DNA from: an uncultured Clostridia bacterium
GTDB taxonomy: Bacteria > Bacillota > Clostridia > Christensenellales > UBA1242
Direction of reading: 5' to 3'
DNA: 53,688 nt
Assembly: GCA_944372445.1 (NCBI GenBank)
Contig: CALVZE010000003.1
Coordinates: forward strand, 67,816-121,503
Shown: positions 10,982-21,316 of the stretch, piece after piece
Layout of the letters: each line of letters starts with the position of its first letter
Position numbering within the stretch: position 1 is the stretch's first letter
Notes under the pieces: generated by a model
Databases searched by the model: none
What the model was told of the DNA's origin: nothing
Seen by the model: only the letters and a program-made list of their open reading frames with translations
Position numbers and translations under genes: made by a program

Positions 10982-11914
10982 ATGATAAAATTCGGGGGGG
11001 GGAAAAAATCTCAGCACTTAAATTATGATATTTGTGTTATCGGTGGTTGTTCTATTGATTTGACCTATTATGAAGATGGTAGTGAAGAAACTTTTTTTGG
11101 TGGTAAAGCGTCAAATCAAGCCGTGGCAAGTGCTAGGTCAGGCGCTAAAACTTGTATAATAACCAAATTAGGTAAGGACGAATATTGCCAACCGATAATA
11201 GAAAATCTAAAAAATAATGGCGTTGATGTTTTTGCTACCATAACTAGTTTAGCAAAAAACGATGTATCAAAAATTTATATTAAAAATGGTGACAATACCA
11301 TTGAGCGCCATAGCGAAATGATTAAAAAGTTTGATAAAAAACTTATTGATAAATATAAAGATGTAATTTTATCATCAAAATTTATAGTTATTCAAAATAA
11401 AGCGCCACATTCTTTTACTAAGAATTTGGTCGAATTTTGTAATGAACATGGAAAACAAATTGTTTTAACACCTTCCAATCCTTCACAGCTTTCAATTAAA
11501 GATAGTGATAATTTAAAATTGATAAATAAAATTTCATATATTTGCGCCAATGAAAAGGAAACAAAAATCGTTTTTAATAGCGAAAATATAGAAGAAATCG
11601 TTAAAACATATCCTAACAAACTTATAACAACGCTAGGAGCAAAAGGACTAATATATAGTGACGGTAACAAAATTATTAAATTACCTGCTATAAAAATAAA
11701 AAATGTAATTGACACAACAGGGGCAGGGGATACCTTTTGTGGCAACTTTGTTGCGAACCTTGTAAAAGGGGACAATATTCATAATGCGATAGCAAAAGCG
11801 CAATATGCTTCTGCTTATAAAATTCAATTTAAATCAGCTCAGGCTGGTATGCCAACAAAACAAGAACTTGAAAAGTTTGTTAGAGGTTGCCATGAAAATA
11901 GAACAAAGATTTAA
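10982..11914 (+). CDS. PfkB/ribokinase family carbohydrate kinase
   Basis: GGKASNQAVA, ANEKE, TLGAKG, DTTGAGDTF; AGGAGG RBS before ATG 10982. Confidence 0.92.
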   Translation: MIKFGGGKKSQHLNYDICVIGGCSIDLTYYEDGSEETFFGGKASNQAVASARSGAKTCIITKLGKDEYCQPIIENLKNNGVDVFATITSLAKNDVSKIYIKNGDNTIERHSEMIKKFDKKLIDKYKDVILSSKFIVIQNKAPHSFTKNLVEFCNEHGKQIVLTPSNPSQLSIKDSDNLKLINKISYICANEKETKIVFNSENIEEIVKTYPNKLITTLGAKGLIYSDGNKIIKLPAIKIKNVIDTTGAGDTFCGNFVANLVKGDNIHNAIAKAQYASAYKIQFKSAQAGMPTKQELEKFVRGCHENRTKI

Positions 11915-12665
11915 ATACGAAAAGGAGTTACTTTTAGCAAAAAAGCTTATAGTGAAATGTTATAAACAAAGCACAAAAAATATACATATGAAGATTAAGG
12001 TTAAAGATGATAAATCATTAGTTTCGAATGTTGATATAAACTTAGAAAAATCATTAATCTCTGCTATCAGAAAGGTCTATAAAGGCGATAATTTTTTAAC
12101 AGAGGAAACTTCAAATAATACTGATTTGTCGAATAGGACATGGGTAATTGACCCAATAGACGGCACAGCTTTCTTTGTTAGAAATTGCCAGTTTTATAGC
12201 GTTCAATTAGCTTTTTATGATGAAGGCGAAACACAATTTTCTATTATTTATCTTCCAAAATGTCACGATATATATGTCGCAATCAGGGGAGTAGGAGCAT
12301 TTTTAAATAACAAAAAAATCCCATCTCGTCAAAGGGATGTGTCGTTTGAAAGATGTAATGTTGCTGTTTGTGGAGCCCCATCAAAATGGGATAACGAAAT
12401 AACAGAAAAAATAGAAAAAATATATAATTATGAAAAATATGAGTATCAATCTCCGAAATTTTTGTTAATAAATTCATCTGGTTACACTTATACGCTTTTA
12501 GCAAGCGGGGTGGTGGATTTTTTCTTTCAAACTGTTAAAACTAAATGGGACTATATGCCAGGGGACTTGTTAGCCAAAGAATTATCTGCAAAATGTTACT
12601 ATATAAATGGTGTGAGATTTTATTCATTTTGCCCGCAATTAGATACATTTTTAAATTTAGAATAG
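11892..12665 (+). CDS. Inositol monophosphatase family protein
   Basis: LTEE, WVIDPIDGT and WD motifs; GAGG RBS before ATG 11892. Confidence 0.9.
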   Translation: MKIEQRFKYEKELLLAKKLIVKCYKQSTKNIHMKIKVKDDKSLVSNVDINLEKSLISAIRKVYKGDNFLTEETSNNTDLSNRTWVIDPIDGTAFFVRNCQFYSVQLAFYDEGETQFSIIYLPKCHDIYVAIRGVGAFLNNKKIPSRQRDVSFERCNVAVCGAPSKWDNEITEKIEKIYNYEKYEYQSPKFLLINSSGYTYTLLASGVVDFFFQTVKTKWDYMPGDLLAKELSAKCYYINGVRFYSFCPQLDTFLNLE

Positions 12666-12848
12666 ATAAAATATCTTGAAAAACATGATATAATTAAGGT
12701 GATAAAATTGGCTAAAATATGAGGAAAAGTCATAATAAATTTATAGTTTGCTATATAAATAACTAATAAAATATCGTCAAAAGTCATCTGATTTTGTTGG
12801 TGGCAACACATCTTATCTATTCGCAAAAGACAGGTTTTGCGAATAGAT

Positions 12849-12896
12849 AGATTATATTTGGAGTGGTATGCAATAAAATAACACAAAATCTTGTAG
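12849..12896. repeat. NrdR-box-like dispersed repeat, copy 2
   Basis: TATATTTGGAGTGGTATGCAATAAAATAACACAAAATCTTGTAG aligns with 329-370. Confidence 0.55.
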
Positions 12897-13187
12897 TATT
12901 ATGCATTTTTCTTATATAATAAACTTTTTTATGTTAAAATGATTTAAAACAAATTTTTATTAATAAAGACGAATAATTCCTTATACTAATTCTTATAAAT
13001 TTCCATATTTTTTTCTAAAAACAATTCGTATATTTTTTAATTTAATTGACGAACTATCAAGGAATTGCTATGTAATCTTTTGTATAGAATTTAGGATAGT
13101 TTGGTAGAACATTATTGTGGACTTTTTGATAAATTTGATGATAAAAATCACATAAATACAACTTAAAACATCTATCTATCATTTGTA

Positions 13188-13224
13188 TTGCATAATACTA
13201 TGAGCAATTTGCATAATACTATGA
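13188..13224. repeat. Tandem direct repeat TTGCATAATACTATGA x2, period 21 nt
   Basis: Exact 16-mers at 13188-13203 and 13209-13224. Confidence 0.85.
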
Positions 13225-13285
13225 AAATTTGATTAGTTGTCCCCCAAAAAATTTTAAGGTAGGGAAAATTTTAACAAAACACACA

Positions 13286-13319
13286 AAAAAAATCGGCTTG
13301 AAATTCAAGCTGATTTTTT
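13286..13319 (-). terminator. Terminator after iscU (potentially bidirectional)
   Basis: A run, ATCGGCTTGA-aat-TCAAGCTGAT, T run. Confidence 0.75.
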
Positions 13320-13731
13320 AATCTATATTTGTTTCTTTTAAAGCTTTTTTTGCTTCTTTTTCTTTTCGTTTATAAAAGTCGTCAATGGCACTTTGTATTG
13401 TTTCTTCTGCCATAACTGAACAGTAAGCTTTTTTGTCTGGAAGCTCGCCAATGATATTTATAACATCTTGATTTGAAATGGAGAGAGCCTCTTCAATCGT
13501 CTTTCCTTTAACTAAATCGCATGTAACATCAGCTGAAACAATAGAAGCACAGCAACCAAAAGTTTTAAATTTGGCATTTTCAATAACATTTTTATCATTG
13601 ATTTTGAGATATAATCTTGTTAAATCAGTGCAATTATCTTTTACAACTTCACCTATGGCATTTGCACCATGCATGCCCCCTGCATTTGTTGGATATTGAA
13701 ATCTTTCCATAATATATCTGTTATAATACAT
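13318..13731 (-). CDS. iscU: Fe-S cluster scaffold IscU/NifU-N family
   Basis: F..P.NAG, C.D, KFKTFGC, GKTIEEA, LPDKKAYCS; downstream of iscS. Confidence 0.88.
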   Translation of the reverse strand: MYYNRYIMERFQYPTNAGGMHGANAIGEVVKDNCTDLTRLYLKINDKNVIENAKFKTFGCCASIVSADVTCDLVKGKTIEEALSISNQDVINIIGELPDKKAYCSVMAEETIQSAIDDFYKRKEKEAKKALKETNID

Positions 13732-13734
13732 AGT

Positions 13735-14907
13735 CTATATCCTCCCTGCTTGAATTGGTGATATTGCTCTAAGTTTTGCAACAGCCTTTGCAAGCTCTTC
13801 CACCACATAGTCAACATCGGCTTTACTTATATTTGTTCCGAAAGAAAATCTAATAGAGCCTTGTGCAATATCTTTCGGCAAGTGCATAGCTTCAAGAACA
13901 TGAGATGGAAGTAATGATTTAGAAGTGCAAGCCGAACCTGTTGAAACACAAATACCCGAAAGGTCAAGAAGCATCAAAAGTGCCTCGCCTTCAATTCCAT
14001 AGAAAGAAATATTCACTATGGCGTTTGATTTTTGATAAGGATGACCGTTTATTTGATAATATTCCACTTTTTCTGCTAATTTTTCAAGAAAATAATCACG
14101 GATTATCTTTAATTTTCTATTTGTAATAATATAGTTCTTTGTGGCAAGCTCAACAGCTTTACCTAGCCCCGCAATTCCTGGAACATTTTCAGTTCCTGAG
14201 CGCATATTTCTTTCTTGATTGCCTCCGTATGTTATCGGTTCAAATTTAATTCCAGATTTAACATAAAGTGCACCTACGCCTTTTGGACCATGAATTTTAT
14301 GAGCTGATAAACTTAAAAGGTCAATCTCCATATCTTGAACATCAATTTTAACTTGCCCTATCGCCTGCACTGCGTCTGTATGGAAGAAAATGCCATAATC
14401 ATGAGCAATTTTAGCGATTGATTTGATGTTTTGTATGGTGCCGACTTCGTTATTGACAGACATTATTGAAATTAAAATGGTATCTTTTCTTATTGAATGA
14501 AGAAGGTCAGGCAAACTTACAAGTCCGCTTTTATCAACAGGAAGATATGTCACCTCATATCCCTCTTTTTCTAGTTGTTTGCATGCGTTTAAAACAGCAT
14601 GGTGTTCGATTTGACTGGTGATAATGTGTTTACCTTTCTCAGCATACGCATGTGCTACGCCCAAAATGGCTAAGTTGTCCGCCTCTGTTCCACCGCTAGT
14701 AAAATAAATTTCGGTTGATTTTTGTGCGTTTATGCCCTCTCTAATTCTGTCGCGTGCTTTATCTACAATGCTCATTGCTGTGCGACCAAAACTATGAATG
14801 GAGCCTGCATTGCCATATAAAACATTAAAGCAAGGCATCATCTCATTTAATACCTCTTGTGAAACATAAGTTGTAGAAGCATTATCTAAATAAATCTTTC
14901 TATCCAT
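13735..14907 (-). CDS. iscS: Cysteine desulfurase IscS/NifS
   Basis: IYLDNAST, FTSGGTE, EHHAV, HTDAVQ, SAHKIHGPKG, STGSAC. Confidence 0.95.
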   Translation of the reverse strand: MDRKIYLDNASTTYVSQEVLNEMMPCFNVLYGNAGSIHSFGRTAMSIVDKARDRIREGINAQKSTEIYFTSGGTEADNLAILGVAHAYAEKGKHIITSQIEHHAVLNACKQLEKEGYEVTYLPVDKSGLVSLPDLLHSIRKDTILISIMSVNNEVGTIQNIKSIAKIAHDYGIFFHTDAVQAIGQVKIDVQDMEIDLLSLSAHKIHGPKGVGALYVKSGIKFEPITYGGNQERNMRSGTENVPGIAGLGKAVELATKNYIITNRKLKIIRDYFLEKLAEKVEYYQINGHPYQKSNAIVNISFYGIEGEALLMLLDLSGICVSTGSACTSKSLLPSHVLEAMHLPKDIAQGSIRFSFGTNISKADVDYVVEELAKAVAKLRAISPIQAGRI

Positions 14908-15109
14908 TTCATCCTCTTTTAAGTTGTCTTTCTAACTAAATTTTATCACGCTTTAAGTAAAAAGTCAATACTAAACATAAATAATTTACGCGTAGAATCA
15001 AGGGCTAAACATGACAAAATCACATTTTAGCCTAAATATTAAGTTATTTTAGAAGTGCGATTATTAAAATTTTGTTAAAAATAGTGTTTTTAATAAAAAA
15101 AGCAGAATT

Positions 15110-15418
15110 TTACATTAAACTTTGAATTTTAGAAATAAGCATGTCCTTGCTTACAAGTCCTACTTGTTTTCCGACCATTTCGCCATTTTTAAAGAAAAAC
15201 ACGCATGGAATACTCATGACACCAAATTCTCTCGCCAAATTTTCTTCGTCATCGACATTTACCTTATATATTTCGACTTTATCGCCCAAATCTTCTTTGA
15301 CTTCGTCTAAAATAGGCGAAAGCATGCGACACGGTCCGCACCAATTAGCAAAAAAATCAACCACAACAAAGCCTTTGCCTGTTTTTTCTTTGAAGTTCTT
15401 TTCGTTTAGAAGTTCCAT
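15110..15418 (-). CDS. trxA: Thioredoxin
   Basis: WCGPC motif. Confidence 0.97.
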   Translation of the reverse strand: MELLNEKNFKEKTGKGFVVVDFFANWCGPCRMLSPILDEVKEDLGDKVEIYKVNVDDEENLAREFGVMSIPCVFFFKNGEMVGKQVGLVSKDMLISKIQSLM

Positions 15419-15499
15419 ATATCTCTCCTTTAAAATTTAATTTTAATTTATTGCCTGTAAATAATGTTTGCATACTCACTTGTAACAAAACTACAATAA

Positions 15500-16168
15500 T
15501 TATTTTATGATTTCATTGACAACATAAGCGCAAATAGTTAAGCCACACATATTAGGATAATAAGCAATACTACCAACCGGTGTTTTCTTTTCAGCTTCGC
15601 TACTGCACGCTACAACATTAAGATTTTTTACGCCACGCTCTCTCAAAAGTTTACGCATTACTTTTGCAAGTCCGTCATTTGAAGTTTTATAGATGTCCAA
15701 AATCTTGAAATTTGGCAAATCATATCTATTGCCTGCGCCCATAGCAGAAATTATAGGTATTTCCTTTTTATAGCAATAGTCACATAATTCCACTTTATCT
15801 TTAACGCTGTCGATTGCATCTATTACAAAGGTGTTTTTTAAAATAAGACTCTGAATATTGTCCTTTGTTAATTTCGCTGTAATCGCCTCTACTACGCAAT
15901 TAGGATTGATATCTGAAATCATATCGCGAATCACATCTGTTTTGAATTTGCCAACGGTTTTAATATTTGCAACCACCTGCCTATTGATGTTTGTTTCATC
16001 AACTTTATCAAAATCCACAAGCCTCAGTTTTCCAACGCCACATCTAGCAAGCATGATAGCAGTTATTCCGCCAACTCCACCTAGTCCTATTACAGTGACA
16101 AAACTCTTCTTTAACTTTTCAAGTTTTTCTTTACCGAGTAGCAGTTCGGTTCTATCAGTCCACATCAT
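15500..16168 (-). CDS. tcdA: tRNA threonylcarbamoyladenosine dehydratase (ThiF/E1-like)
   Basis: GLGGVG, DFDKV..TNINRQ, DAID, SAMGAG, LAKVMRKLLR. Confidence 0.88.
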   Translation of the reverse strand: MMWTDRTELLLGKEKLEKLKKSFVTVIGLGGVGGITAIMLARCGVGKLRLVDFDKVDETNINRQVVANIKTVGKFKTDVIRDMISDINPNCVVEAITAKLTKDNIQSLILKNTFVIDAIDSVKDKVELCDYCYKKEIPIISAMGAGNRYDLPNFKILDIYKTSNDGLAKVMRKLLRERGVKNLNVVACSSEAEKKTPVGSIAYYPNMCGLTICAYVVNEIIK

Positions 16169-16174
16169 TGCCTC

Positions 16175-17470
16175 TTATAAAACATATTTTTTAAGGTCAA
16201 ATTTTTGATTTTTGTCTTTAAATGTCTTTTGAACATACTCTCGGTCGATTGTAACCTTTGTCATTGGATGTTCCCCTGTTGCATTAAAGGATATGTCTTC
16301 AAGTAATGCTTCCATAATGGTGTGAAGTCTACGCGCGCCTAAATCTTCACTCGTTTCATTTTCATGAGCGGCAAGTGTAGCTATCTCATCAAGTGCATCG
16401 TCTTTAAATTCAAGCTCAATATTGTCAACTTTTAAAAGATTAGCGTATTGCAAAGTTACTGCATTCTTTGGAGCGGTTAAAATTTTCTTAAAATCTTTTT
16501 GTGTTAAGCTTTCAAGTTCCACTCGAATAGGAAAACGACCTTGAAGCTCTGGTATCATATCTTCCATTTTAGCAACATGGAATGCTCCCGCTGCAATAAA
16601 GAGAATAAAGTCAGTTTTAACATTGCCGTATTTTGTTGGCACCGTGCTACCCTCAACGATTGGAAGAATATCTCTTTGCACTCCCTCTCTTGAAACATCA
16701 GCGCTGTTTGTTGCCTGACTTTTGCCGATGATTTTGTCGATTTCGTCTATGAAAATAATCCCCTGCTCTTCTGCAAGAGAAATAGCCTCTTCGTTGACAT
16801 TGTCCATGTCAATCACCTTTTCCGTCTCCTCTTGCAAGAGTAATTCACGCGCATGACGAACGCTCATCTTCTTTTTCTTGTGTTTTGGTGGTTGAAGCCC
16901 GTCAAACATAGAGCCTAAATTGATTTCATTTCCGCCAAAAGCCATAATAGGTTTTGGATTGTCTAAGACGCTTACTTCAACAATTTCATCCTCGCATTTT
17001 CCAGAATGGAGTTCGTTTTCAAGGTCATCGCGTTTTACTTCAACGGTGGTCACCCGCCTATTTTGATATATGGCATCAATAAGCTTATTTTCCACAATAG
17101 GCATAACCTTATTCTCAACCTCTTTTTTCTTTTGGTCTTTAACCATGCGAACGGCAACTTCTACCAAATCTCTGACCATGCTTTCAACATCCCTGCCGAC
17201 ATAGCCGACCTCAGTATATTTTGTTGCTTCAACCTTGACAAACGGAGCGCCAACAAGCTTTGCAAGACGCCTTGCTATCTCCGTTTTACCAACACCTGTT
17301 GGTCCACGCATAACGATATTTTTTGGAGTGATTTCATCTCTAATTTCTGCTGGCAAATGGCTTCGGCGGTATCTATTTCTAAGTGCGACTGCAACCGCGC
17401 GTTTAGCTTTGCTTTGACCCACGATGTATTTATCAAGTTCATTGACGATTTGTTTTGGTGTGTAATTCAT
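16175..17470 (-). CDS. hslU: HslU (ClpY) ATPase subunit
   Basis: GPTGVGKTEIARRLA, EATKYTEVGYVGRDV, REGVQRD, GARRLHT. Confidence 0.97.
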   Translation of the reverse strand: MNYTPKQIVNELDKYIVGQSKAKRAVAVALRNRYRRSHLPAEIRDEITPKNIVMRGPTGVGKTEIARRLAKLVGAPFVKVEATKYTEVGYVGRDVESMVRDLVEVAVRMVKDQKKKEVENKVMPIVENKLIDAIYQNRRVTTVEVKRDDLENELHSGKCEDEIVEVSVLDNPKPIMAFGGNEINLGSMFDGLQPPKHKKKKMSVRHARELLLQEETEKVIDMDNVNEEAISLAEEQGIIFIDEIDKIIGKSQATNSADVSREGVQRDILPIVEGSTVPTKYGNVKTDFILFIAAGAFHVAKMEDMIPELQGRFPIRVELESLTQKDFKKILTAPKNAVTLQYANLLKVDNIELEFKDDALDEIATLAAHENETSEDLGARRLHTIMEALLEDISFNATGEHPMTKVTIDREYVQKTFKDKNQKFDLKKYVL

Positions 17471-17533
17471 ATCTTTTTCCCCTTTTTATAATTTTTAGCA
17501 ATCATGTTTTTTTAAATAATAAAATAATGGTTA

Positions 17534-18073
17534 TTAAAGCTCTTCCACAATGATGTTGTCATTTGTAAACACGCAAATCTCACTTGCTATTTTAAGAGCT
17601 TTCATTGCAATTTCTTTTGCTGAGAAATCGGTGTTTTGCATTAGAGCCTTTCCAGCAGCAAGCGCGTAATTTCCACCAGAACCGATAGCGCAAACATCGT
17701 CTTGTGGCTCAATCACATTTCCTGTGCCGTCTAAAATTAAAATTTGGTCTTTGTCTGCAACAATCATAAGTGCTTCAAGCTGTTTCATAATTTTGTTTGT
17801 TCTCCAAAGCTGAGCAAGTTCAACAGCACTACGCATTAAATTGCCGGCAAATTTGTTTAACATTTCTTCAAAACGCTCGCTGAGAGCAAAAGCATCGGCA
17901 ACAGAACCTGCAAAGCCGATGACAACCTGATTATTAAAAATTCTTCTAACTTTGCGCGCATTATTTTTAAATATGATGCTGTTTTGCATGGTGACCTGTC
18001 CGTCACCTGCAACTGCGATTTTGCCATTTCTCTTAACGGCGCAAATGGTTGTTCCTCTGAAAATACTTTCCAT
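17534..18073 (-). CDS. hslV: HslV (ClpQ) protease subunit
   Basis: [35 protein letters not shown]. Confidence 0.97.
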   Translation of the reverse strand: MESIFRGTTICAVKRNGKIAVAGDGQVTMQNSIIFKNNARKVRRIFNNQVVIGFAGSVADAFALSERFEEMLNKFAGNLMRSAVELAQLWRTNKIMKQLEALMIVADKDQILILDGTGNVIEPQDDVCAIGSGGNYALAAGKALMQNTDFSAKEIAMKALKIASEICVFTNDNIIVEEL

Positions 18074-19223
18074 AATAGTTCTCCTTAAATTCTAAGACAG
18101 CCTCATTTTTAAAAATTAGACTATCATTCTTTTTTATTATATCATAGTTTAAGTTTAAAAGCATATGATTTAACACACTTTTTTGTAATAATTTTTCGAT
18201 TATGAACTTTGTGCAGGAATTTTCTGGATAATCTTGTAAATTTCTTCCCTCTGCCATATTCATTAAATTGAAGGCAAGATAGTTTGCCACAAGCAAATTT
18301 TCATGCACGCCCCCTATACCTAAGAAGCTTCCGCCAACAAAGAGGTTATGATAATTTTTAACCTGCAAATATTTATTTAAACAAGCACTTGAATGCAAAT
18401 AGGTGCGTTTATAGAGTTTGCTAAATTCAGCGATATTCGCGCCATTAAAAGCACTTATATCATACAAAAGTTTCTTTTGTTCATTGTCGCTTAGAGCAGA
18501 ATAAAAATCACAAAGTATATAGTCGCCGTTCTCTTTTTTTAGCCTTATTGAGGCGTAAGGTCTAGAATTATCATAACAAGGTCGCAAAAATGTTCTTAGG
18601 GAGTTGTTTTCTGCTCGTTTTTCTATGCTTATTTCGTTTAAAAGATTTGAATTATCATAAAAATTACGATATTTCTTTAAGTTGTCGCACAGCAGAATAA
18701 ATTCCTCCTCGCTTAAATTTACGTGATAAAAATCATCATGGTCATGATGTAGATTTTTAATATCAATATACGCCATTTTTAAAGGTGCAGGATGAAAATA
18801 TTCCACCTTGTTTTCGCCGATATATTTCGACAAATTGTCAATTAATAGTTTGGTGGTGTTATTTCCTGTTGTAATTAAAGAAAGTTCGTTTAAATTAAGT
18901 TCGTTAATCTCTGCATCAATGAAAGAAACATTAGGAAAATTTTTAAGCGAGGTTTCCATGATTTTCACAAAATCGTGGTCGATGTTTTCTAAATTTACGC
19001 CTAACCTTTTTGCAGTTAGGTATGTTGGACTGTTCCATGCAGATAGTTCTTCTTGCATTTCTTTCTTAAAAGGTAACGACTTTTCTATTTGGCACATCAA
19101 GGGTTGTTCATGGTTAAAAACATGCACAACAAAGCCATTCCTTGCAAGAATATAGGCTATCTCAATTCCTACAAGTCCTCCGCCTATTATTTTTATATAT
19201 TTTCGCTTAACCTCGCCCGTCAA
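18033..19223 (-). CDS. Highly divergent TrmFO/Gid-like flavoprotein
   Basis: [13 protein letters not shown] dinucleotide-binding motif, [20 protein letters not shown]; lies between topA and hslV, where trmFO usually sits. Confidence 0.65.
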   Translation of the reverse strand: MTGEVKRKYIKIIGGGLVGIEIAYILARNGFVVHVFNHEQPLMCQIEKSLPFKKEMQEELSAWNSPTYLTAKRLGVNLENIDHDFVKIMETSLKNFPNVSFIDAEINELNLNELSLITTGNNTTKLLIDNLSKYIGENKVEYFHPAPLKMAYIDIKNLHHDHDDFYHVNLSEEEFILLCDNLKKYRNFYDNSNLLNEISIEKRAENNSLRTFLRPCYDNSRPYASIRLKKENGDYILCDFYSALSDNEQKKLLYDISAFNGANIAEFSKLYKRTYLHSSACLNKYLQVKNYHNLFVGGSFLGIGGVHENLLVANYLAFNLMNMAEGRNLQDYPENSCTKFIIEKLLQKSVLNHMLLNLNYDIIKKNDSLIFKNEAVLEFKENYYGKYFQRNNHLRR

Positions 19224-21301
19224 GCGTTATTTACCTCATTTGGCTTAACATATTTACAGCTTGAACACTTAATAGTCTTGCCCTTTTTAATAAGATAATT
19301 GCCACAGTCTGGACATTTTTCGCCTGTTGGAATATCCCAGCTCATAAAGTTGCACCCATCTCTATCTTCGCAGGCATAAAAAGTCTTTCCTCTTTTCGTT
19401 TTTAGAGCAAAAACTTTTTTCCCGCAATTAGGACAAATTCCAACACTCTTTTTTTCTTCTTTTGCCTCATATGGCATGATGTTTCGACACTTAGGGAAAT
19501 TTGAACACCCTAAAAATTTGCCAAATCTTCCCTCTCGAAGAAGCATCTTATGTCCGCATTTGTCACAAACAATGTCAGTTTCAATCGGTTCTTTTTTCAT
19601 GGTTACAGAAGAAGCGTCTGCCTTTTCAAGTAAGCCCTTAAAGCCATTCCAAAAGCTAGATACAACATCATGCCAATCGTCCTTGTTTTCAGCAATATCG
19701 TCAAGCCTGTTTTCCATGTGTGCCGTAAATTTGACATTGATGACGCCACTGAAAAATTTTTCAAGGTATTCAGTGATTTTCCTGCCAAGCTCTGTCGGAA
19801 CAAGATATTTGCCTTCTTTTTCACAATAGCTTCTAGCAGTTAAAATTGTGATGGTGGCAGCATAAGTTGCAGGACGACCAATACCTTTTTCTTCCATTGC
19901 CTTTACAAGGCTCGCCTCGGTGTATCTTACAGGAGGCTTTGTGAACTTCTGCTCTTCCTTAATGTCTTTGACAATAAGCTTTTCTCCCTCGGTTAAAGCT
20001 GGAAGCTTACTAATCTCCTGCTTTTTCTCTTTATCTTCGTCCACAAATTCTTTATAAACAGCAGTATAACCAGCAAACTCCAAAGTTCTTCCGCTCGCTT
20101 TGAAGTTATATCCGCCCGCATCAATGTTCACCGCGACATTACTGTATTCCGCCTCAATCATTTGGCTTGCTAAAAAGCGTTCATAGATGAGTTTATACAG
20201 CCTATAATTGTCCTTTGTTAAGCTGTCTTGAACCATTTCAGGCGTGATTTGCATCGAAATAGGACGAATAGCCTCGTGAGCATCCTGAGCGTTTTTCTTA
20301 GTCACATAGATATTTGGCTTTTCAGGCAGATAATCTTTGCCATATTTATTTGCAATAAAATCTCGGCAAGCTTTTTGCGCTTCCTCAGAAACACGCGTTG
20401 AGTCTGTTCTTATATATGTGATAAGTGCAATTTTACCCTCGCCCTTAACCTCAACACCTTCGTATAGTTCCTGTGCGGAAGCTGTTGTCTTTTTCAAACT
20501 CATGCCAAGCTTATTTAACGCATCTTGTTGCATGGTGCTTGTGGTAAATGGTGCAGGAGCATGCGATTTTGTCTTACTCTTTTTGATGCTTTCGACAACA
20601 AACTCGCTGTTTTTGATAACTTTAAGAGCTTCATCGACCTTTTGCCTATTTTCAAGTTTGATTTTTTTGTTTTTATAGGTTTGCAAAGTCGATTTAAACG
20701 CGATATTCGACTTTTCGTGAAAAGCAGTTACCGTCCAATATTCTTCTGGCTTAAAGTTTTCAATTTCCTTTTCTCTGTCAACAACAAGTTTTAAAGCCAC
20801 CGACTGCACCCTTCCCGCCGAAAGTTTTGGTGCCACCTTTTTGGAGATGATAGGTGAAAGTTTATAACCCACAATCCTGTCCATCACACGGCGTGCTTGC
20901 TGAGCGTTAACCAAGTTTAAATCAATTTCCCTAGGGCTTTTTAAAGCCTTTTGAACGGCATTTTTTGAAATTTCATTATACTGTATTCGACACTTTTTGT
21001 TTGTGTCTAAGTTTAAAACATTTGCAATATGCCATGCAATAGCCTCCCCTTCGCGATCGGGGTCGGTTGCAAGCAAAACTTCTTCCGCTTTGTCGGCTTT
21101 ATGTTTAAGCTCGCTTATAAGTTCCTTTTTATCTGGCTTATTTTCATAATGAGGTTCAAAATTATTATTAATATCTATGGCAAAACTTTTTACAGGCAAA
21201 TCTCTTATATGCCCCTTTGTGGCAAATACCTCATAACCTTGACCAAGATATTTTTTCAATGTTTCTCTTTTTGCTGGTGCTTCAATTACAACAAGTTTCA
21301 A
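19220..21301 (-). CDS. topA: DNA topoisomerase I
   Basis: ATDPDREGE, SAGRVQS, ITYIRTD, QDAHEAIRP, GIGRPATY, C-terminal zinc ribbons. Confidence 0.98.
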   Translation of the reverse strand: MKLVVIEAPAKRETLKKYLGQGYEVFATKGHIRDLPVKSFAIDINNNFEPHYENKPDKKELISELKHKADKAEEVLLATDPDREGEAIAWHIANVLNLDTNKKCRIQYNEISKNAVQKALKSPREIDLNLVNAQQARRVMDRIVGYKLSPIISKKVAPKLSAGRVQSVALKLVVDREKEIENFKPEEYWTVTAFHEKSNIAFKSTLQTYKNKKIKLENRQKVDEALKVIKNSEFVVESIKKSKTKSHAPAPFTTSTMQQDALNKLGMSLKKTTASAQELYEGVEVKGEGKIALITYIRTDSTRVSEEAQKACRDFIANKYGKDYLPEKPNIYVTKKNAQDAHEAIRPISMQITPEMVQDSLTKDNYRLYKLIYERFLASQMIEAEYSNVAVNIDAGGYNFKASGRTLEFAGYTAVYKEFVDEDKEKKQEISKLPALTEGEKLIVKDIKEEQKFTKPPVRYTEASLVKAMEEKGIGRPATYAATITILTARSYCEKEGKYLVPTELGRKITEYLEKFFSGVINVKFTAHMENRLDDIAENKDDWHDVVSSFWNGFKGLLEKADASSVTMKKEPIETDIVCDKCGHKMLLREGRFGKFLGCSNFPKCRNIMPYEAKEEKKSVGICPNCGKKVFALKTKRGKTFYACEDRDGCNFMSWDIPTGEKCPDCGNYLIKKGKTIKCSSCKYVKPNEVNNA

Positions 21302-21316
21302 AATGAATTCTCCTTT

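Noticed and set aside
12620-12886. 88-aa minus-strand ORF
   Set aside because: No RBS or motif, and it overlaps both the IMPase end and the dispersed repeat.
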